Shown here: piece by piece, positions 40,461-54,068 of the stretch
Position numbering within the stretch: the stretch's first letter is position 1
How the letters are laid out: the number at the start of each line of letters is the position of its first letter
NCBI GenBank assembly: GCA_021613535.1
Contig: CP075496.1
Location: 6,510,001-6,574,000 of the forward strand
Direction: 5' to 3'
Length of the DNA: 64,000 nucleotides
Source of the DNA: Adineta vaga
Lineage: Eukaryota > Animalia > Rotifera
Made by a program: the position numbers and the translations under genes
The notes under the pieces: generated by a model
The model's input: the letters and a program-made list of their open reading frames with translations, nothing else
What the model was told of the DNA's origin: nothing
Database searches by the model: none

Positions 40461-41751
40461 CTACATGAAACCAATAGTTCTGTCTGCCAGCACGTTGTCC
40501 AAGCATAACTTCTCGTTTGGGTAATTCTTCAGGAGGAACAACACGAACGAATTTATCTCGATCAAGATCGTCAAGAACTAAATCTTTCGGCCTAGAAGAA
40601 AACAAAAAGTTCTAAATAGAGAAAAACTGAAATTCTTTCAAACCATTTAAACAATTGAGGAAAATTGTTCACATCATCTGTTTTCAAATCATCAAGACGT
40701 TTTGGTACAACGCGTGAACCACGTATTTGATCGCATACATTTCGTAGTAGATGAGCAGGTACAGCCTAAAATAATTTTCAATTCTTTTGTTGCGAAAAAA
40801 TCAAACTTTACATCATCTGGAAATGTATATAATCGTGCCATATCATATCTTCGATTCTTATCATTTGGCATACAATTTAAGACACATAAATGAAGAACCT
40901 ACATGAAATCAGATAATCTAGATGAACAAGTTCAATCATGATTATTTACTTTCGTTGCATCAAGTTCATGTAGTTTAAATAGAGGTATATCATATCTTGT
41001 TTTGGCATATTCACGTCGAACATGTAATGCTTCAGAACGCCATGCATCATTACGTAGAGCAACATGTCGAGTATTTATAGCCACTACGCAATCACCTGTT
41101 GCTTCTATTTTAATTAAAGAAGAAACAATTTGAAAGAATTATCTAATTTTACGATATAAAAGTATTCTCTCCTAGAAATTAAAGAAAATGATGACTATCA
41201 TTATGAACGAAATTGTCATTCATAAAACGTCGAAATAGTAAATACTTTCATGTTGTTTGTGGGAAAATCAAAACAACATTGTATTAAAGTCCAAGGTGAA
41301 TAAACATATTTACAACGAACCATTTCGGTGAGAAAATTGTCAACTGCAGATACATTTATTAATAAAACAAAAGCTTGCTGTATTTTTATCAGTATTGTCT
41401 TTATTCTACCTGGAAACTTTTTGTTTTATCTCTACTATTCGAAGAACTTCTGTCTTTTCCCCCCTCTGCATATGACAGTTAGGACGTATTGACATCTGTA
41501 GCAATGTCATTCATTATAAATTTTCTTCATATATGAGATAATTTACCTCCAGGATAATAAATTGGTTTATGTTCACCACGAAGAATACGAGCAATTCGTT
41601 CACCTGATAGATGTGGACATTGCCATTTAGCATCAAATAAGTACCATACACGAGAAAATGTTGCTAATTGCTGAATGAGATTAAATTTTATTAATAAATA
41701 ACAAATCTCCAAATTGTATTTGACACTTACTTTTGCTTTATTGAATGACAT
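40461..41751 (-). CDS. MRPL13: Mitochondrial ribosomal protein L13
   Basis: ATFSRVWYLFDAKWQCP..IARILRGEHKPIYYP..GDCVVAINTRHVA..MARLYTFPDD..VPKRLDD..FPQL. Confidence 0.9.
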
Positions 41752-42192
41752 AGTTAGTTATTAGATATATCTCATCTAAAAATGATAAGATCTAATTATT
41801 AGAGAATAATTATTTTAATAAAACCGAAACTAAATACAATTGATTTTACGGTCAAATCTTTAATGTTACAGTTGTATTGTTTTTTTCATACATGAATTGT
41901 TCTTAAACTAAAGTACAATTTCAACACTTCTTACTTAACATTGAATAAACTTTTCAATATATTAATTAATCTATCAGTATCAATTGCAAATGTAGGAGAT
42001 CAGATTCGATCCAGTCCAGATCAGATCAGCACTTTTTTAAAGGAACATATTTTATTCGTTCGATTCATTTAACCAATCCAAATGTCGTATAGAAAGCGAG
42101 ACGTCATAATGAAGGAATATCCAAGTATAGGAAGCAGAATATGGTGATGATCTTCTGTTGGTTTATTAGTGTATGTTAAGTATTTTGATAAA
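41752..42192. promoter_or_regulatory. Probable bidirectional promoter between MRPL13 and CDK20
   Basis: Divergent start codons ~440 bp apart; clustered (C)AGATC motifs at ~41997-42030. Confidence 0.55.
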
Positions 42193-44076
42193 ATGGACAA
42201 ATATATTAAATTAAATCGTATTGGTAAAGGAGCTTACGGGTAAATCTTGTTTTATTAACAATACTTAATCTTGAGAGATTTTCAGTACAAATTAATCATC
42301 AGAGAATATTGACTTTTGATAGTTGGTTGTTATAGCACAGATATATATCAAGCATTTTGTAAACTACTTTATCTATTTAATTTCATCACCTATGTGAAAG
42401 AACAAGATAGATACAAGTTCTTCAGTTAGTAATCATAGATGTCATATCTTTCGATATGTAAATAAAACTTGGTGTGACTAAGACTGCTATTTCTTACGAG
42501 TAATTTTCAAGATAAGCGAAAGATGATGTAAATGATTTCTATAATTCTAGGAGATTTCGTTAATAATTAAATGATAGAATAAAAAATGAAATTCATTTTT
42601 TTAGAACTGTCTATAAATGCAAACATGTCCAGGTAAGTTTTCTAAAAATCATTTTTTAAAAAAATGTCATTTCTTCATTTATCTAGAGTAATGAAACCGT
42701 TGCACTTAAACGTGTTCATTTACATATGAAATCTCCATTTGAAGAAGGTGTTCCTAATAATATCATTCGGTACGATAATATAATTGATTTTCACTATTTC
42801 TACTCTTTTTCTTCTTCTATAGTGAAACCAAAGCATTACAAGAAATTGAAGATCATGAAAATGTTTGTAGAATAACATATGATTTTCATTCTATGATGCT
42901 TTGTTTTTTTTCTCTTCAGATTGTTAAATTACTTGATGTTTTTCCACATGGTATGGGTTATATATTCGTTTTTGAATATATGTTAAATGATTTAACTGAA
43001 GTTATTCGGAATGTCAATCAACCATTGACAACTTCTCAAATAAAAAGTTATATGAGAATGTTATTGAATGGAGTTTCATTTTGTCATGAAAATCGAATAA
43101 TGCATCGGGTAAATTGTTTTGATGAACAGGAAAGCATTTCATTTGATTTCATTTTTTAGGATTTAAAACCAGCAAATTTATTGATAAGTACAACTGGTCA
43201 TTTAAAAATCGCAGATTTTGGTCTTGCAAGAATATTTGATAAAGCTCAACCACAACGACAATATAGTCATCAAGTTGCAACTAGGTATATAATTGAAAGT
43301 TAGATAATACGAATGCGACAGTTCGTCATGTTTAAATGCATTTGTTTGTTTTTTTGTATTTAGATGGTATCGAGCACCAGAACTTCTCTATGGTTCGCGT
43401 AGTTATGATGAAGGTGTTGATCTATGGTAAATTAATATTGATAGTTATTTCTGGTCTATAAATCGAGTGTTTTATTATTAAGGGCAATTGGTTGTATATT
43501 TGGAGAATTAATCAATCGTAGTCCATTGTTTCCAGTAAGAAGAATTGCAATAGGAAAGTGAAGATTACGATTACTTTTATTTAGGGTGAAAGTGATATTC
43601 ATCAATTATGTTGTGTATGTAAACTTCTTGGAACACCTACCGAAGCTCAATGGCCGGTAAACTCAAACAATTATTTAAGTTTCTTAATTTTCATTTTTGA
43701 ATTATTCAAGGAAATGAAAAAATTGCCTGATTATGGCAAAATCAGTTTTGATGATTTCGAAGGAATGAAATTCGAAGATATCGTTCCAGAAGCTTGTCCC
43801 GATGCTATTGATCTATTAAAAAAATTTCTCGTCTATCCATCAAAACAACGTATCAGTGCTCAACAAGTATACACATAATCGATAATGTCATTTTTCTTAA
43901 TTTATTCTTGTTTCGTCTAGGCACTTCTACATGTTTATTTCTATACATCACCATTACCTTGTCATCATACAAATCTACCAGTTCCTGCTCGACGAAAAAA
44001 CCGACATGTTTACGAATTTGATGTTAAACGAAGTATAACCGATAGTATCATAGATCATGATATGATTATTTCATGA
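42193..44076 (+). CDS. CDK20: Cyclin-dependent kinase 20 (CCRK)
   Basis: [93 protein letters not shown]. Confidence 0.93.
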
Positions 44077-46507
44077 AATACTAATTAAACATTCTTTTGT
44101 TTTCTTATGAATGTCAGATCGATATGTAAAGAATAAAGTTTGTTTTAAAAAATCTGAAATTCATGATGAGATATATCAAAATGATAATCAATTAACTTAA
44201 AATTGTTTTTTCAAGAAGACACATTTTTCACTTAAGAACAGCGATTGCTCTTAACTCCATACACTAACCCTATAGAGATTACGCTGACTGATTTTCATAT
44301 AATTGCATATACGATCGACTAAATGTCGCACTGATTTCTAGTTCTTTATTATCCATCGTCTTCTTTTATGATCAATGTAAAATCATAATGAATACAAAGA
44401 CGATTTAAAAACTGCAATAGAAAGAAAATAATACAAACGTGTCTTCAAGCACATCATTCTGATTTAATCATTTTCTTTCTGTTAGAATATGAATCTTGCA
44501 TGGGTTAACTTGATAATGACATATTATTCGTTAATCGCTTCAACAACTATCAAAATATGACGAACAGATAATTTCTCAGTCTTAATTATAATGAAAAGCA
44601 CAATAATTCTCTTTTATCATTTCTGTTTGTACTGAAATGTCGAAAGAAAAGTAACAAAATTAATTGAAAATGTTTTCATCAAAAATTACTCTTATGAATA
44701 ACATAAGAATGCTTTCAAAAAGCATTAGATCTATTAGAGACAATATTTCAAGTTCTTTCCTTTTTTTTGCGTTGTTCTTTTTATTAATGATTGGAAAATC
44801 ATATTTGCGAAATTTTCCCATAAAACAACTTGTAAATGAACAATAACTATAAATCAACATTTATTATAATTGATGTTTAATATTCTACTTGAAATATTAT
44901 GATTGTGAATAGTCATAATGCATTCAGTGTATCGAATTTTGTCCTTCCTTTTATTCAGAAATGTAAATAAATGTTAGATCGGATTCAATTCTCAATATAT
45001 TTATCAGTTTACTTTTGTATCGGGTAAAAATGAGAATTTGGACTACGAAATGAGTTCAGATCGTTCGTTTGTTGTTTCATCTATCTATCATCGATCATTC
45101 TATCCATCCATCTTAAAGCTTTTACTCACTCACTCACTCATTCACTTATTTAATTCCGTCCAATGTCATTATCATTTCTTCAGCTCTGTATGTTAGTCTT
45201 TTTTTCGATTTATTCTTAGACTGGAGAGAATTGAATGAAGGAAAAAAAGCAGAAAAGCATCGGCACTAAAGCGATGTCGGTTGGTGGGCGGAGAAAAGGG
45301 AAAAAGAAAGCTTGACAAACTTGATTATATTTATCCTCAGATTCGTCGCATCCGTTCGGTCACTATCAAAGCGTAACAACAGACGACAGCAAAACAGTAA
45401 ACGTTATTTCTTTAATAAGCATTAACAAGATCTGTTTGCACTAGTGAATGAGTAGAATTCATCATTTCCGTCAGTTATTTACAATCTTAACATCATCTTC
45501 ATCTTTTTCTTATCAACGAAAGAAAACTAAAATCTTTCTATATATATATATATATTATTTATAGAAAATGAACTAGATACTAGTAAGTAGTTTGAATTGT
45601 AAGATTTATAGTAAATCATGATGAGAGAAAAATTCGAGCATTTTGTTTCTTTTTACCGTTTGCATGTGGTTGTATGTCGATTTTTTATCCATCTGCCGTC
45701 TAAATTCAAAGTGATGTTTGGTTTAGAGTATGGGTTGTGTCACGAAACTAATTACGGCTAAGTAGAAAAAGCCTCTCGATCGTGCAATTATCGACGATTC
45801 AACATATGTATTTCATTGTTTTCCTTCTTGTAAAAAAAGGAGAGAAAACTACTTGATGAGACTTGTTCAATGAATTTCGGCCTCGTTATCATACATTCTT
45901 CATGTTTCCCACTTTCCACTTTAACATATGATTTTTCATAAGTACCTTTCATTTACTTTCTTTTAGGTTAAGAAAGAAAAACCAACTCATATAAACACTT
46001 ATATATCTTGAAAGAAAAGAGAATGAGTAGAAGGATTAAACATCAGAAACGTTTTCTCTTGAAGATTATATGTAACCACTGATGTTGTTTAGAATAAATC
46101 TCTCTCTCTCTCTCTTTTTAGTTGACTAACTAGCAATCTGTCAGAATAGGAAATATATTTGCGTGTATGTATTATCAATAGTTTAGTTATTATTGTTAAT
46201 TGAATTCATCTTCAGCTGTTTTTAATAATGATAAATGAGAAAAGGAAACAAAATAGAATATTTGTTAGAGAAATAATAATGTAATCAAACGAGAGAGAAA
46301 GGGGGAAGATTTTTTTCTCTCGTTGCTTCATTCAAACACGCTAGGAAATATTCTCGTGCAATCTTTTATATACAAAGGTTAAAAGTGCTCTATTGCCATT
46401 AAATATATAGATATATATATATATATATATGAAAATGAACGTGTTTAGAATTGTTAATAAATTATAATTAAGTATTTTATTTTTAGTTTGAATATTTTTA
46501 ATTTTCA

Positions 46508-47404
46508 ATGAAAAATAATACACAATCGACATATGTAAATATGTCTGCCTATGTAGCATTATCATGTCTAATTGCATTTGTTATCGTGATAACAATATGT
46601 CTTGTAAAACAATTTATTTGGGATCCACTATTATCAAGACGTTTTGAAGATCTTCGACCAGTTCTATCTGAATCTGTTCGAAAATTTTCAATAACCTTTT
46701 ATCGTCCACAATCGACTATAGCATCAAATTTTTCTTTAAACAAATCAACATCCGATTCTTGTGTTAAACCAACTGACCCACCTGAAATAACCGATAAAAA
46801 TTCGATTACTATCCCACAAAATCCACCTTCAACAAATACTCAAATAAATCCAATCAATAAATCATTACCACGTCGTTCATATGGTTCATCATTATTGAAT
46901 CCATTTGTTTATACTAACTTCGGTACTGAAGATATAACAGATGATAAAACACCACCGTCATATCCAGTATTACATTTCAGTTGTGAATATAATCCATCAA
47001 CATTTAGTATTCGATTAAATGTCCAAAATTTACGTCACATGAATTCATTACTATCAGCATCGAATTATACAATTACAAAAGATGCATATATATTTCTTCG
47101 ATTTACCTTATTTTCAACGACGATAACTGGTGAACCATATGAAACATCATTACAACATTTCCAAGATTTTATACGTTTTGGTGAAACATTTAATATTTTG
47201 AGTAATATTCGAGCTGGAGATTTACTTAATTATGATATTAAGTTTTTTCTTATGTTATTAACGGAGAAAAATATGTATGAATTAGGTGAAGCAAATTATT
47301 CAACAAAAGATGATCAACTTACACATATTTTATATATTGAACGAATTTTACCGATTCGTTTAAGTAAAAAAATAAAATCAGCAACGAGCGAAGACAATGA
47401 ATAG
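46508..47404 (+). CDS. Single-pass membrane protein with a degenerate C2-like domain
   Basis: 298-aa uninterrupted ORF: N-terminal TM (VALSCLIAFVIVITICLV), S/T/P linker, then LHFSCEYN..IRLNV..DAYIFLRF..FGETF..LGEA, resembling a synaptotagmin C2 strand pattern. Confidence 0.7.
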   Translation: MKNNTQSTYVNMSAYVALSCLIAFVIVITICLVKQFIWDPLLSRRFEDLRPVLSESVRKFSITFYRPQSTIASNFSLNKSTSDSCVKPTDPPEITDKNSITIPQNPPSTNTQINPINKSLPRRSYGSSLLNPFVYTNFGTEDITDDKTPPSYPVLHFSCEYNPSTFSIRLNVQNLRHMNSLLSASNYTITKDAYIFLRFTLFSTTITGEPYETSLQHFQDFIRFGETFNILSNIRAGDLLNYDIKFFLMLLTEKNMYELGEANYSTKDDQLTHILYIERILPIRLSKKIKSATSEDNE

Positions 47405-48079
47405 ATAGATACAGTTTGTCAAAGATGTTTTATTTATATAAATATATATTTCTTATTGTTGTTCTTGTCCGGTTGATGTTGTCTCCAAATAGCCAATGTT
47501 AATTTTTTTTGTAGAATAAAAAACTGAAGAAAACTTCTGTCGAAACAGTGGTAAGATTTGCTTTTTTAGATAATGATTTGATTAATTTTGACTACATCGA
47601 ATAAACAATTAATAATTATCGTATTGATAAACATCAACACTTCGAGATTTTTGTATATATAGTGAATTATATTATATACAAGTTCTTTGGGTATAACATT
47701 TTCTGATTAATTCTTTTGATCATAAAGTTCAGAGGGCAATTTTCCGGTAATGACGCTTACTTTCAACCTTAAAATCAAAATGTCTTTTGTCGTTATTCAA
47801 AAAAGAAAAAGCCTATGAATGATATTAATTATAGATATACATTTATCCTTGCTCAAAATTAGCTTTTCTTCCAAATTTTTCACGAACTGATTCGAATTCG
47901 AATAATAGATATGCATTTCCTCTTATTTATAATGTTTTATTTTGGTTATTATGATTTATAATTCTTAAATATACGCATACACACGCTTGTGTATGAATTA
48001 TATCTGTGAGCAACAACAAATACCAAATCTTTTCCTGTCAACAATCGCTTTTATAGGTGCTTTTTCGAATTCATCATTC

Positions 48080-48793
48080 ATATTAGAGCTCGAAATGGGT
48101 AGCTGCTTGTTTTCATAGTCCTACAGAATTCATTTATTATTTCGAAATCAAAACCAAATAGTCATTCCGTAATCTCCTTCCTCAACAACAATTACAGGAT
48201 TTATATGAAATGATAAACTTAAAATACGATGATGTATTTCTTCGATAGATGTTCGAAACATATTGATGATTGATTCCAAATCAGTGAATACAAAGTATGA
48301 AAGAGAACTATGAAATATTATTTGAAAGGTTTTAACAAGTAGGTGAATCATAAAATGATAAATGAACTGTATTAATACGATTTAATTGAATAGCAGGAAG
48401 CATTGAAATAATTGATTGTAAAGAAGTCTTTTATGATGTAAATAGTGCACGAAGTCGAGATGGATAATTCTTGAATAGAATGCATTGTAAGGAAGCAATT
48501 GTTTCTACTTTCGTTACACATAGGAATCGAGATTCGTCGATATTCTCCTTCCAACCAACTTGTTGTAAATGAAAACAATTACCATCAGGTATCTGTGCTT
48601 TATGTGTTGCAAAAGTATACGAAGATAATTAAAAGAACATTCTAATGGTATAATATACCCTAGTGGAAGACCTCATTCAACATCTTGATCTTAATTGAGT
48701 GAACCAAGTATGTTTAAATGCGGTAAACATTCTCCATGAATGTCTAAAGACGCTTTGTTGGATGTAAAACAGATCCTACATACAAAACTCTCC
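48080..48793 (-). pseudogene. Possible decayed coding fragment
   Basis: After a ttttcag acceptor the frame reads ESFVCRICFTSNKASLDIHGECLPHLNILGSLN*DQDVE*GLPLGYIIPLECSFNYL, protein-like but broken by stops. Family not established. Confidence 0.3.
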
Positions 48794-49677
48794 TGAAAAA
48801 AACACAAAGAATCAATTAAATGAAAGCTTTAGTTAAAAGAAACGATTTTTACATAAACTTATGTATCAGTCTATTAGAATTGTTTATGAATTCTTCATTG
48901 CTTATCTCCTCGAAATATGACATTGATCTTCTACCATGGATGTGAATTAGCACCTTCTCCTCCTCAATAAATATTATTCATTACCTATCGTCTTTTTGTT
49001 TTTTTCCATGGTGTTGTCCTCGTACTGTAGTTTTGTATTGTTTTTATTCGTAGTCCTCTTGGCTTTAACAACTTAAATTAAATTAAATTAAATCCTAACC
49101 AAATCTTTTCTTTTATTTCTTGAGAAAATATCCAAACTGGTGAATATAATCTTCATGGTTTAACATCAAATTTGCATTTTCAAGATATTTGGCAGAAGTT
49201 TATTCGACATTTTCAGTTAATTGATTATATGAAGTCAGTTTTTAATTTGAGAAAGAATAAAAATCATTTATTTTTATCACTTTAAAGTTCAACATGGACA
49301 AATTGTACAATGACTCCAAATAATTTACTTAAAATTGATTCATTAAAAAGTAAAGAATCAACAATCGACCAACATTTCATTCTATAACAATAACGGGGTT
49401 GTTCAATGAGCAAGCGACATCTGTTTAGAAGAAATCATTTTAGCTATATGTGGTTTATGAAAAATATAGACTTTTAAATAAAATTATTTTCAAGATTAGG
49501 TTTGTTTTTATTTAAAAATAAAATATCACATCCGTGCGCCAACTGTAGGCATTGCCGCGTCTTTGTTCTTATACTCTGCCTCTGAGTGTCAATCAACTCT
49601 TCTTTGTTTCAAATTTGCCACTCCAATTTTCGTTGTTATATTGTATCAGCAAAAAAGAAAATCTCTATTCTATCATT

Positions 49678-51182
49678 ATGTCTGAAGAAACTATGGATGA
49701 TCAGCAAGTAATTAAACTAAATTTGATGTTTTTGTTTTTCACTTTCACTTTGATTTGATTTGATTATATTGTAGTTATATGCAGATATCGAAGCTGTAAA
49801 GATTTCATTTGATGTTGCACAATGTGATGGTGATTCTCTCTATACTTATCTACCAAATTGGTTAAATAATTTAACTGATGAACAAATTCGAGCTCCACCA
49901 ACATCTGGAAATGTGTTTCAACAATACATTCGTCAATCTCATCTTGAAACTACCATGGCAAATAGTATACGTAAAATGGCATTAAAGTAAATTAGTTTTA
50001 AAGAGAAGATAATTCTATTTCTTTCTTGTAGCGAAGATCGTTTATTTACTATTGATGATTTTGAATTTGGGCGACCACTTGGTAAAGGTGCATTCGGTAT
50101 TGTCTATTTAGCACGATTAAAAAAAACGAAATTTATCTGTGCATTGAAAGTAAATTAATATTTTTGTTTGTATTTCGTGATTTTAAAAGTTGTTGTCTGT
50201 TTTAGATGCTTCATAAGAGTAAAATCAATGAATATTCAATGGCTGAACAAGTCAAAATCGAAACGGAATCGGGTTTTAAATTAAATCATCCATTAATTTT
50301 AACAATGTATGATGTATTTCATGATGAAAAACGTTTTTATTTCATGCTTGAATATGCTCCACATGGTCAACTTTATCGTTTCTTACAAAAATTACGTCGT
50401 TTTACTGATCGTTTAGCCGCTAGTGTAAGAAATATCTTATTGACTATTTATTTCATATATTTTAAAAGAATTTTGTTTCTTCTAGTATATTTATCAGATT
50501 AGTCATGCATTAGAATATTGTCATAGTAAAAGTATTATTCATCGAGATTTAAAACCAGAAAATAGTAAGTCTACTCTTTCTAAAGAATGATTTCGATGAA
50601 ATTTTCTAACGTGTTTAGTTCTGGTGGATTGTTGTGGAAATATAAAGTTGGCTGATTTTGGTTGGTCTACAAAAATTCGTCATGCTGATACGATGTAAAT
50701 TGAACATATATATTCTTTTTTAGAAAAGAAAAGGATTAATTTATCAATGAATATTTTAGGAATACAACTGCATGTGGTACATTAGATTATTTAGCACCGG
50801 AAATTGTTGGTCATAAACAATATCAATATCATGTCGATAATTGGTGTGTTGGAGTTCTTGCCTATGAATTATTATCTGGACATGCACCATTTGAAGGCAC
50901 AGATGATGAAACAAAAGTTAAAATTGCAAATATTAATTATACATTTCCAGATTATTTCTCACCTCTTGCAAGACGATTTATTGATAATGTAAGATTCAAT
51001 ATAAAAATCATTGAAATTAGATATTATGTTTATTTCTTTACTTTTAGCTTTTACAAAAAGATCCTAAACGACGTATGCAACTTTTAGATTGTATTGCACA
51101 TGATTGGTTACAAATAAATGCATATAAATATATGTTTGGTCCTTATAAATGTCCGATATATGTAAATATGGATGAACAATAA
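49678..51182 (+). CDS. Aurora-family Ser/Thr kinase (divergent)
   Basis: [80 protein letters not shown]. Confidence 0.9.
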
Positions 51183-54030
51183 TAATCTTCCAATGTTTAT
51201 TTTCAAATTGTTTATAATGTAAAGAAATAAAAGATTGTTTATAAAAAATTATTACAGAAGATATATTTGTATGTAAGCAAGAAATTTATTCATAATAAAA
51301 TAATTGATCGAACGTACTTGGTCTGATTGATTTGTTAGACGGTATGTCTGAAGCAGACAGTGCACTTGAATATGGAACTAAGGATGAGAATAGAAATGAT
51401 TATTATGACTATTTACATCTCAAACATGTTCGAATGATTCCGAAGGTCACAAGAAAAATGTTGTAATCTAGTCAAAAGAAAAGACTATATATTCTGTGAC
51501 AACTAAATTAAAAGAATTAAATCTCTTTGAATGGACCTTGAATCTTCGATTCGTCTGATCTATAATTCTATTCGAATATTTATCTTCTTTATTAAAACAA
51601 TATTTGTAAAAAATGTTTTTTTATGAAATTATCTTTCGAGTATTCAAGCCGAGAAACAAATTTGGTGATAATCAATAATCATGATAAGATGTTAAGCGTT
51701 TCTCGTATTGGCATCGATCGATCTTATTATTATTATTCGATAATCTCGGATAGACAAAAAAAAGAATTGTGTATATGTACATTGGAAATAAATGTTTCTT
51801 TTACCTAACTCATAGCGTATGTTTAAACGTCGAGATTTTGTAATTAATTTTTCGAGCATTTGTTCTAGGTCACTGAATAATTACGTGAGCACGTTGTTAC
51901 CACTTGTTCTAGTACAAATGAAAAGGATTTAACACTTCTTTCAAAAATTGTCAATAGATTGTCTACATTTAGCCAAGGAAGAAGAATCTCAAATTGGTTT
52001 GAACATTCTTTGTCTACTATCTATCTATCTGTCTGTCTATCATTTATATTAAACCGGAGATGACATTTCCCTTTTTTGTCACATACTTTATTCAATAACA
52101 ATAGATAAAGACAGTTACAAGTCAATCCTACATGACAATAAGAAGAATGATTCTTGTTAACGAAGATAATATGTCTAAATATTAAGTCACTCAATTAGTT
52201 TCAAGTTTTCTTTGTTGTTTTGTTTCTTTAATGAAAAAGAAAACGTTGAATTGATCTCAGACATTTGATGCCTTGAAGATACAATGTCTATGTGACAATC
52301 CTATAACATATATAAACAAAAAAAGTATTTAAGATTGTTTCGATAAAGTTATATTGACGATACACTTGTGACATTCAGCTGTCGTATTGCATCACTTTTG
52401 TATACATAATACATATATTGAAAGAGTTAAATCATAACAGTTAGTAAGATTGTTATCATCATTAGTTAATAGTCACATTTTATAAATATAGATAAAGAGA
52501 ATAAAAAAAAGAAAGAAAGAAAGAAAGGAACTTATTGGTATATACATTTGAACAAGAGAAAAATAATTAGAGCGGCATTATACATACATATTATAAAGAA
52601 AGAAAAAGAAAAAAAGAAAGCTTTTAGCTTCGTTTTATTGAATGATATCTATCATTCGTTTATTCATTGATTGAATTGAGATAGAAAGAGTCACATATAC
52701 AATATATAAAAGAACATCTCATCCAGATGCGTTGTTAGGTCCTCAAACGAGTTGAACAAACAAGCAACTATTCGATTAGGAATGAACAGGTGGTGAAGAA
52801 CAATTAGACTTTTATTCTCTTTCGAATACAAATATACGCGCGCGCGTGTGTGTATGTTGTTATTGCATCATATTGTTTCGCACGCGTTCGTATAGACCTG
52901 TATATAGTAGTATGTCTGTATGGTGCCTTAAGTGGACCCTTCGGTAAAGAGTAAGAGCCCAACCATTAGGCCAATACTGTCCTTGTGTTACTATTCAATA
53001 GTGATGAGTGACACATTGACACTTGCACTATTCATATTTCATTCCTTTATTTAGTTACTCATATGTCCTATACAAATTTTCAATTGATCATATCTGCTAT
53101 GAGAATGTAAAAGAATAACATTTTTGTCGAATATATATGTATATGTTCGAATAGATTATTGCCAGGCGCTTCGTCCCCATTTTTCAAATGGTACATATAT
53201 ATATATATATACATACATACTTACATGAGAGACAACTAACATCGATATTGTTTATAGAAAGTAAATGCGTGTATCTATGTACATGCAGGTATTAATTCAT
53301 TTGTTCATTAGCTTAGACGGAACTTAAAGTATATGTCGAATTAATAACAATAGTAATGTTGTTCTGCCTGTTCTAGTCTTGATGAACACCATGGATTGTC
53401 AATGAGATCATTAGTATATGAACATGTATTGATTTCTTTTTTTCTCTTCGTTGCGTTAGTTAGTTAGTTAGAAGAAATTCAACATATAGGTATGAGTAGT
53501 TATGATTTCATTCAAAAAAATATAATCACATACATCCACTTACACATACTAGTCAAATCGTCTTATGTCACAAGATTTAAAATATATACATTTCATTCAC
53601 TTTTCTCAATTAGTTCTGACCATATAAATAATATGGCTTTCTTAGTTTCTATTTCTTGTCATATATGTACAACAAGCGAGAAAGGAAGATTAGAAAGAGA
53701 AGAGGAAGAAGAAGAAGAAGAAGGAGGAGGAGTGAGTGTTATTTTTTCAGGAATCAGGCGTACGCTCTTTCTCTTCTTCTTCTTCTTCGCTCTATTCTCC
53801 TCTTCAATTGTTCAATAGACGAACGACTTTATACACGCATGTAGACATATATTCTTTCATTTTTTTTTGTTCCGTAGCGTGGTATATGGCAATTTATTAA
53901 TCATTGAACGACAGAAACAAAATTAAAGAAAAAGAAAACTTCTCACTTGTTTTGTCTAATATTTCATCGTGTCAATTCAACTTTTTCATTTCACAACATT
54001 TTCAATTTGTCGATAACAACACATCTTGCT

Positions 54031-54068
54031 ATGCCACCATGAATATATTTGATCATTTACTATCATGA
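54031..54068 (+). promoter_or_regulatory. Two chained uORFs with ATGA stop-start overlaps before the Ig gene
   Basis: ATG CCA CCA TGA (54031-54042) overlaps ATG 54039. That ORF (MNIFDHLLS*) ends at TGA 54066-54068, overlapping the main ATG at 54065. Confidence 0.55.

Noticed and set aside
53492-53844. Poly-Glu and poly-Arg ORFs
   Set aside because: Translations of a (GAA/GGA)n tract in probable promoter or 5'UTR DNA.
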